Below, piece after piece: positions 59,122 through 64,000 of a DNA stretch of 64,000 nt; within the stretch, counting starts at the first letter, position 1, and the number at the start of each line of letters is the position of its first letter. The translations under genes were made by a program, and so were the position numbers. The DNA comes from Polyangiaceae bacterium (GTDB taxonomy: Bacteria > Myxococcota_A > Polyangia > Polyangiales > Polyangiaceae): assembly GCA_044376115.1 (NCBI GenBank), contig JBILLK010000029.1:74795-138794 (forward strand), read 5' to 3'. A model generated the notes under the pieces. The model saw only the letters and a program-made list of their open reading frames with translations. It did not search any database and was not told the origin of the DNA.

Positions 59122-61032
59122 ATGAACCCCCCGACACTCCCCTGCTCTCGTGCTCGTCGTCCGCTCCTTCACGCCCTGCTCCTCCTCGCACCTTGGTGGG
59201 CCGTCTGCGCTTGCAGCGAAGACCCGCCGACGCCCGCTCCCCCTGCTCCACCCAGCGATGTTCGCTCCCTCATCGACGGTGGGAAGAGCGGCAACGTGGC
59301 CGTCGCCATGCGTGACGGTGTCGAGCTCGACACCTACGTCTATCTCCCGGAGGGCGAGGGGCCCTATCCGACCCTCGTCGTACGCACCCTCTACGGTGTC
59401 CCCATCGGCGCCATAGGCGGCTACCCCGCGTTGCCGGGATCCGAGGATGACGACGACGACGATGGGGATGATGACGATGGGGATGACGACGATGACGACG
59501 GGGAAGCGGCGAACGTCGGCTGGCCGTTGTTGAACGAGCGGGGATACGCTCTCGTCATCCAAGTGACGCGGGGTCGCTTCGCCTCGTCGGGGGTCGACCG
59601 CAGCTGGCTCGACGATGGCCCGGACGGCTACGACCTCGTCGAGTGGGTCGCAACCCAGCCTTGGTCGGACGGGAAGATCGGGCTCTTCGGGGACTCGGCC
59701 ACGGGCGCCTCCGCGTTGCTTGCAGCCGCCGCGAAGCCGCCGAGTCTCGACGCCGTCTACGTCCAGGTCGCGCCGGGGAACGTGATGGGCGAGGACTTTC
59801 TCCCGAACGACGGCGCGGACAAGCTGGAGTCGCTGATGGTCCAGGGCGCCTCGATCAGCTTCGACGTGGGCGACGACCACCTAGCCGCCCGAGGCATCGC
59901 TCCGGATGAGGCTCCGGGTCTGCTCGCCGAGGTCGAGGAGTACTTGACTGCGCTCTTCCAGGGACTTGAGGCCCCTACCGCTTCGCCCGCTTGGATGGCG
60001 CTGCCCATCGCCGAGAGCGAGCCGCTCTCACGGCTCATGCCTTTCTGGGAGTCCATCTTCAGTGCGAGCCCACCGACCGAGTACCGAGAGGCCCTGGACG
60101 TGACGGGAAAGATCGACGTGCCCGTCTACGCCGTGACCGTGTGGCAAGACGTCTTTCTCAAGAGCTCCATGAAGCTCTACCGCGATCTGGAAGAGCGAGG
60201 CGTACCGGCTCGGCTGATGGTCCTCAACGGCACGCACTACGACATCGACGACCCTGCGCTCTGGCCCAAGACCGTGATGCTCGAGTGGTTCGACATCCAC
60301 CTTCGAGGGCGAGACGTAGGGGCCTTCGATGGGCCTCCGGTCGAATACCAAGTCCAAGAAGCGGGCGCTGCCGTCCGCACGGCGGCTGCGTGGCCGCCAG
60401 CGTCGGAGGGGTGGACCCACTACCTCAACTCGGACGGGACGCTGGGGTCGGCTCCGCCGAGCGTCGACGACGCCGGGCGCTCCTTCGTGTACGATCCCGC
60501 GCTTCCTATGCCGACGGTGGGGGGCCTGAATCTCTTGGCGAGCTCTGGGATTCAGGACCAGACCGCCCTCGCCGCGAGGACAGACCGGCTCAGCTACGTC
60601 GGCGAGCCCCTCGACGCCGACGCCCTGCTCACGGGAGAGGTGGAAGCTCACCTCTTCGTTGCGACGTCCGCCGTCGACACGGACTTCATGATCAAGCTCC
60701 TCGACATTCATCCGGACGGGACGGCCTACGCCATCGCCGAAGACCAAGTCCGCCTGCGCAACCGAGCCGGACGAGACAGCCCGTCCCTCGTCACGCCGGG
60801 CGAGCCGTTGGACCTGCGCTACGACCTCGGTGCGCTCGCGTATCTCGTGCGAGCAGGGCATCGGATCGGGGTCGCCATCACGTCGTCCGACTTCCCCGCC
60901 TGGGACCGCAATCTCAACACGGGAGAGTCGGGCTATTCGTCGACCGCGATGGTGATCGCCACGAACACCGTGTTCAGCGACGCTGGACGTCCGAGCTCGA
61001 TCACGCTCCCCTTGGTCCCGTTGGCGCCTTGA
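59122..61032 (+). CDS. CocE/NonD-family hydrolase lipoprotein
   Basis: MRDGVEL, RTLY, RGRFAS.G, DGYDLVEWVATQPWSDGKIG, GDSATG, DTDF, GHRIGV.ITSSDFP. Confidence 0.9.
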   Translation: MNPPTLPCSRARRPLLHALLLLAPWWAVCACSEDPPTPAPPAPPSDVRSLIDGGKSGNVAVAMRDGVELDTYVYLPEGEGPYPTLVVRTLYGVPIGAIGGYPALPGSEDDDDDDGDDDDGDDDDDDGEAANVGWPLLNERGYALVIQVTRGRFASSGVDRSWLDDGPDGYDLVEWVATQPWSDGKIGLFGDSATGASALLAAAAKPPSLDAVYVQVAPGNVMGEDFLPNDGADKLESLMVQGASISFDVGDDHLAARGIAPDEAPGLLAEVEEYLTALFQGLEAPTASPAWMALPIAESEPLSRLMPFWESIFSASPPTEYREALDVTGKIDVPVYAVTVWQDVFLKSSMKLYRDLEERGVPARLMVLNGTHYDIDDPALWPKTVMLEWFDIHLRGRDVGAFDGPPVEYQVQEAGAAVRTAAAWPPASEGWTHYLNSDGTLGSAPPSVDDAGRSFVYDPALPMPTVGGLNLLASSGIQDQTALAARTDRLSYVGEPLDADALLTGEVEAHLFVATSAVDTDFMIKLLDIHPDGTAYAIAEDQVRLRNRAGRDSPSLVTPGEPLDLRYDLGALAYLVRAGHRIGVAITSSDFPAWDRNLNTGESGYSSTAMVIATNTVFSDAGRPSSITLPLVPLAP

Positions 61033-61117
61033 GCTCGACGAGACGTCCCAGTTGGCCCTGGAGAGACGTGTCGCGGCGGCGCCCACCGCGCCCTCTCTGC
61101 ACCGCCCTAGAAGCCCC

Positions 61118-61840
61118 ATGAACGACCCTCCTCCTCCCTCGGCGGCTCCCGTCGGGCTCCCCATCCTCTTGGTCGAGGACGATCGCGACCTCGCGGCGAC
61201 CATCGAGGACTACCTGGTCCAGCGTGGCTGGCTGGTCTCGTTTGCGCCCAACGGCGCTCGCGCGCTCGCGAGCCTGCTCGAGCGCTCGTTCGCGGCCGTC
61301 GTCCTCGATCACCGCATGCCGGGTCTCACGGGCCTCGAGCTGTGTCGTCGGGTCCGCGCCGAGGTCGCGCCGACCCTGCCCATCTTGATGGTCACGGCAG
61401 CGGACGCGTTGGAGGACCGTCTGGCGGGGTTCGCGGCGGGGGTCGACGACTACTTGGTCAAGCCGTTCGCCCTGCCCGAGCTGCACGCACGGCTCGTCGC
61501 CCTGGTGCGGCGGGCCGATCGTTCGCTCACGGCGCGTCGCATGGCCTTCGAGGACGTGGAGATGGACCTCGACGAGCGCGTCGTCCAACGAGGGCGTCGC
61601 CGTCTCGAGCTCACCCGGACGGGCTTCACCATCCTGGAGATGCTGATCCGACGGGTGCCGGCCGTCGTGCGGCGCGAAGAGCTCGAGCGCCACCTGTGGG
61701 GAGACGAGCTCCCAGGCAGCGACGTCCTTCGCAGCCACATCTACGCGCTGCGCAGCGCCCTCGACGGCCCCGGAGAGACGCCCTTGCTCCAGACGCACCG
61801 CGGTGTGGGCTATCAGCTCCGGCGGCGTGACGCTCGATGA
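61118..61840 (+). CDS. OmpR-family response regulator (ColR-like)
   Basis: LLVEDD, VLD, DDYLVKPFALPEL, WGDELPGSDVLRSHIY, THRGVGY. Confidence 0.92.
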   Translation: MNDPPPPSAAPVGLPILLVEDDRDLAATIEDYLVQRGWLVSFAPNGARALASLLERSFAAVVLDHRMPGLTGLELCRRVRAEVAPTLPILMVTAADALEDRLAGFAAGVDDYLVKPFALPELHARLVALVRRADRSLTARRMAFEDVEMDLDERVVQRGRRRLELTRTGFTILEMLIRRVPAVVRREELERHLWGDELPGSDVLRSHIYALRSALDGPGETPLLQTHRGVGYQLRRRDAR

Positions 61841-63165
61841 AGGCGCGAACGAGGAGGCGTCCGGCGCGGCTCCATACGCGCATCGCTCTCCATTTCGGCG
61901 CGCTCGCCGTGGTTTTGGTCGCGATCCTCAGCTTTGGGGCGTGGCGCGTCCTGACCGAGACCGAGGACGCCGTCCTGGATCGATACCTCCTGACCACGCT
62001 GCCCGTCGTCCGCGCGAGCCGTGTCGACGTCGCTTGGCTCGAGGAGTTCGAGAGTGAGGCGTCCCTCCAGCAGCGCCTCCCTCTCGATCCGGTGCCCTAC
62101 GATCCCGGCTGGCATACGGTGTTTCGTTCGTCCGAGACTGGAAGGGCGCAGCTCGTCCGCAGCTGGCGTGACACGATCGTCGTCTGGAGTCAGGGCCTGG
62201 AGGAGGAGTATCGCCTCCTCGTGTCGTACTCCGAGCAGGGCGTCGTGACCTGGACGGTCGTCGATCTGGCGCCGCTGGAGTCCACCGAGGACCGCATGCC
62301 CGAGCTGCAGGGCTTCATCCTCGCCCTGGCGCTCGCTACCTTGATAAGCGCCGGGCTGATGAGCGCTCGCCTCGCGCGGTCCGCCATGCGACCGGTCGTG
62401 ACGCTGACCGAGCGGCTGAGTCAGCTCGCAGGCTCACGCTCCGCGCCAGAGTCGAACGGAGCCTTGGCGGCGAACCTGGCGGAAGATGAGGTCGCCGTGC
62501 TCGCGCGGGCCCTCGACGAGGCATGGTCTCAGGAGCGACGTTCCCTCGATCTCGAGCGACGGTTCATCGCGGAGTGCAGTCACGAGCTGCGCACTCCCCT
62601 GGCGATCCTCCACGGCACGCTGACCCTACTGGAGGAGACGACGGAAGACGCAAGGCGCGCGGAGCTGCACGCGCGGCTGCAGCGCACCGCCAGACGTCTC
62701 GAGGGGGTCGCGCAGACCTTCCTGGTCTTGGCGCGCGAAGAGAGACGACGCGGGGAGCGCCATCCGGTCCCCCTCGCGCCCCTCTTGCAGGAGATCTTGC
62801 ACGAGCAATCGACGCTCTTTCCTCATCGTACCTTGGCGGTCGTCGTCCACGTGCCTTCGGCGGCGACGGTCGAGGGGGATCGCGACGTCCTCTTGGTCCT
62901 CCTTCGCAACCTGCTTCAGAACGTCTACCAACACTCGTTGACCGACCGGCTCGTGGTCTCGTGGCGAGACGCGGGGGGACCCCACCTCGTCCTCGAAGAG
63001 GCCGCGATCCGCACCACGACCCAGCCTGACTCGGCCCCGGGGTTTGGGATCGGGCTGCCGCTCGTGCGGCGGCTCGTCGACCTCGAGGGATGGCGCCTCG
63101 AGGAGCGACCCGAGGCCGAGGATGCGCGACGGCACACGCTGTGGTTCGATCCCGAGAGCAGCTGA
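61837..63165 (+). CDS. Sensor histidine kinase (ColS-like)
   Basis: Two TM helices, HAMP-like region, SHELRTPL, RNLLQN, GFGIGLPLV. Confidence 0.88.
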   Translation: MKARTRRRPARLHTRIALHFGALAVVLVAILSFGAWRVLTETEDAVLDRYLLTTLPVVRASRVDVAWLEEFESEASLQQRLPLDPVPYDPGWHTVFRSSETGRAQLVRSWRDTIVVWSQGLEEEYRLLVSYSEQGVVTWTVVDLAPLESTEDRMPELQGFILALALATLISAGLMSARLARSAMRPVVTLTERLSQLAGSRSAPESNGALAANLAEDEVAVLARALDEAWSQERRSLDLERRFIAECSHELRTPLAILHGTLTLLEETTEDARRAELHARLQRTARRLEGVAQTFLVLAREERRRGERHPVPLAPLLQEILHEQSTLFPHRTLAVVVHVPSAATVEGDRDVLLVLLRNLLQNVYQHSLTDRLVVSWRDAGGPHLVLEEAAIRTTTQPDSAPGFGIGLPLVRRLVDLEGWRLEERPEAEDARRHTLWFDPESS

Positions 63166-63166
63166 T

Positions 63167-63451
63167 TCAGAACGCCGCGCCCAGGAGCACACTACCGACG
63201 AAGAAGAACGGCGGCTCTTCCTCGCGGACCGGCCAGGGGTTCGTGTAGAGCGCCCCGCCGGCGCCCAACTGGACGTTCGCGACTGGCTCGAGGGGCCACT
63301 CACTCGCGGCGTCGAGGCCGAGCTGGGAGAGCAAGAACTGGTAACCCGCGTAGGCCTCCAGAGTCAGCGCGAACGACTCGTTGGTACGGCCGTCGACGAC
63401 GTTCTCCTCGAGACGGGCAAAGCTGGGGTAGCCTCGATCGACACCCCAGCC
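63167..63451 (-). pseudogene. 3' remnant of probable outer-membrane beta-barrel gene
   Basis: Startless frame ..TLEAYAGYQFLL..VQLGAGG..FFVGSVLLGAAF* with amphipathic strands and terminal Phe; in-frame stop upstream. Confidence 0.45.
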
Positions 63452-64000
63452 TTCTCCTCGAGATCGTGTCGAGCGAAAACGTCGTAACGCGACGCGAAGC
63501 GGACCTGGAGCGCGGCGAGGGTCTCGTGTTCAAGCGCCTGCGCAGCGTCGCAATGGCCGGCCTGCGCCGACGTCGGCGTGGCGGTCCTACCCCGCGATCT
63601 CGCACGCGTGATGCCCACCTTGGTCGAGCTCCCGATGCCATTCCCCGCCCCGGAGGGCTCACTCTGGCTCGTCGGACACGAGGCGCTCCGCAGCGCCCCG
63701 CGGGTCTTTCTCCGCTGCGCCAGGTTCACAGGACGGTGACGCACGCGCGGTACCGTGTTGTCCCCAGAACCGCTCGTACTTCGTGAGCCGCGGCAGTTCA
63801 CGAGGCGCGCCCCGCCGTTGTGCGGCGTGAGCCCGCTTCGGAGCAGCACGTCGCGCACGCTCGCCCTCCTCACTGGACCTGATCCGCTTTCGGGGTCCAC
63901 ATCTATGCGGCTACACGCGTGTATGCCGCAAGCTCTTTCTTGATTGGGCTCATGCCTGAATTGAAGCTGTGCCGACGGGTAGTGTTGTACCAATCGATGT

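Noticed and set aside
63364..63993. 209-aa minus-strand ORF at window end
   Set aside because: No RBS or motif; looks like a mosaic of remnants

Overview
A GC-rich, gene-dense bacterial window. Three Hanks-type Ser/Thr kinases, two sigma54 enhancer-binding proteins (EBPs), a MYXO-CTERM-like protein, many Gly/Cys-rich lipoproteins and a double-length UvrA point to a myxobacterium, probably Polyangiales/Sorangiineae-like (inference). Recognisable genes include mltG, a CobW-family GTPase, an isoaspartyl peptidase, a PLP aminotransferase, apbE, GST, uvrA, a pilT-like ATPase, smpB, YceI, an S41 peptidase, TetR plus hydrolase, a CocE hydrolase and two two-component systems. I found no rRNA, tRNA, CRISPR array or intact transposase. 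The most interesting signals: (1) a two-component-controlled ApbE flavinylation/cytochrome b module. It has no canonical flavinylation substrate, and an ATGAGA-N4-TCTCAT box sits 43 nt upstream of two separate transcription units. (2) A stand-alone structured minus-strand transcript at about 20.08-20.39 kb with a strong RBS, a 14-aa ORF and its own terminator. (3) Two sigma54 mini-regulons readable from the DNA: divergent -24/-12 promoters with paired enhancer sites next to a kinase/TPR/EBP module (3.9-11.7 kb), and an FHA-EBP flanked by two small lipoprotein genes that share a 44-bp enhancer block (56-58.6 kb). (4) A phased array of GAGCATTCNGAATGCTC palindromes at about 53.2 kb, at the edge of a compositionally distinct segment that also holds a stray rplI (L9) fragment and other gene remnants. 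All product calls come from motifs read by eye; no database searches were run.
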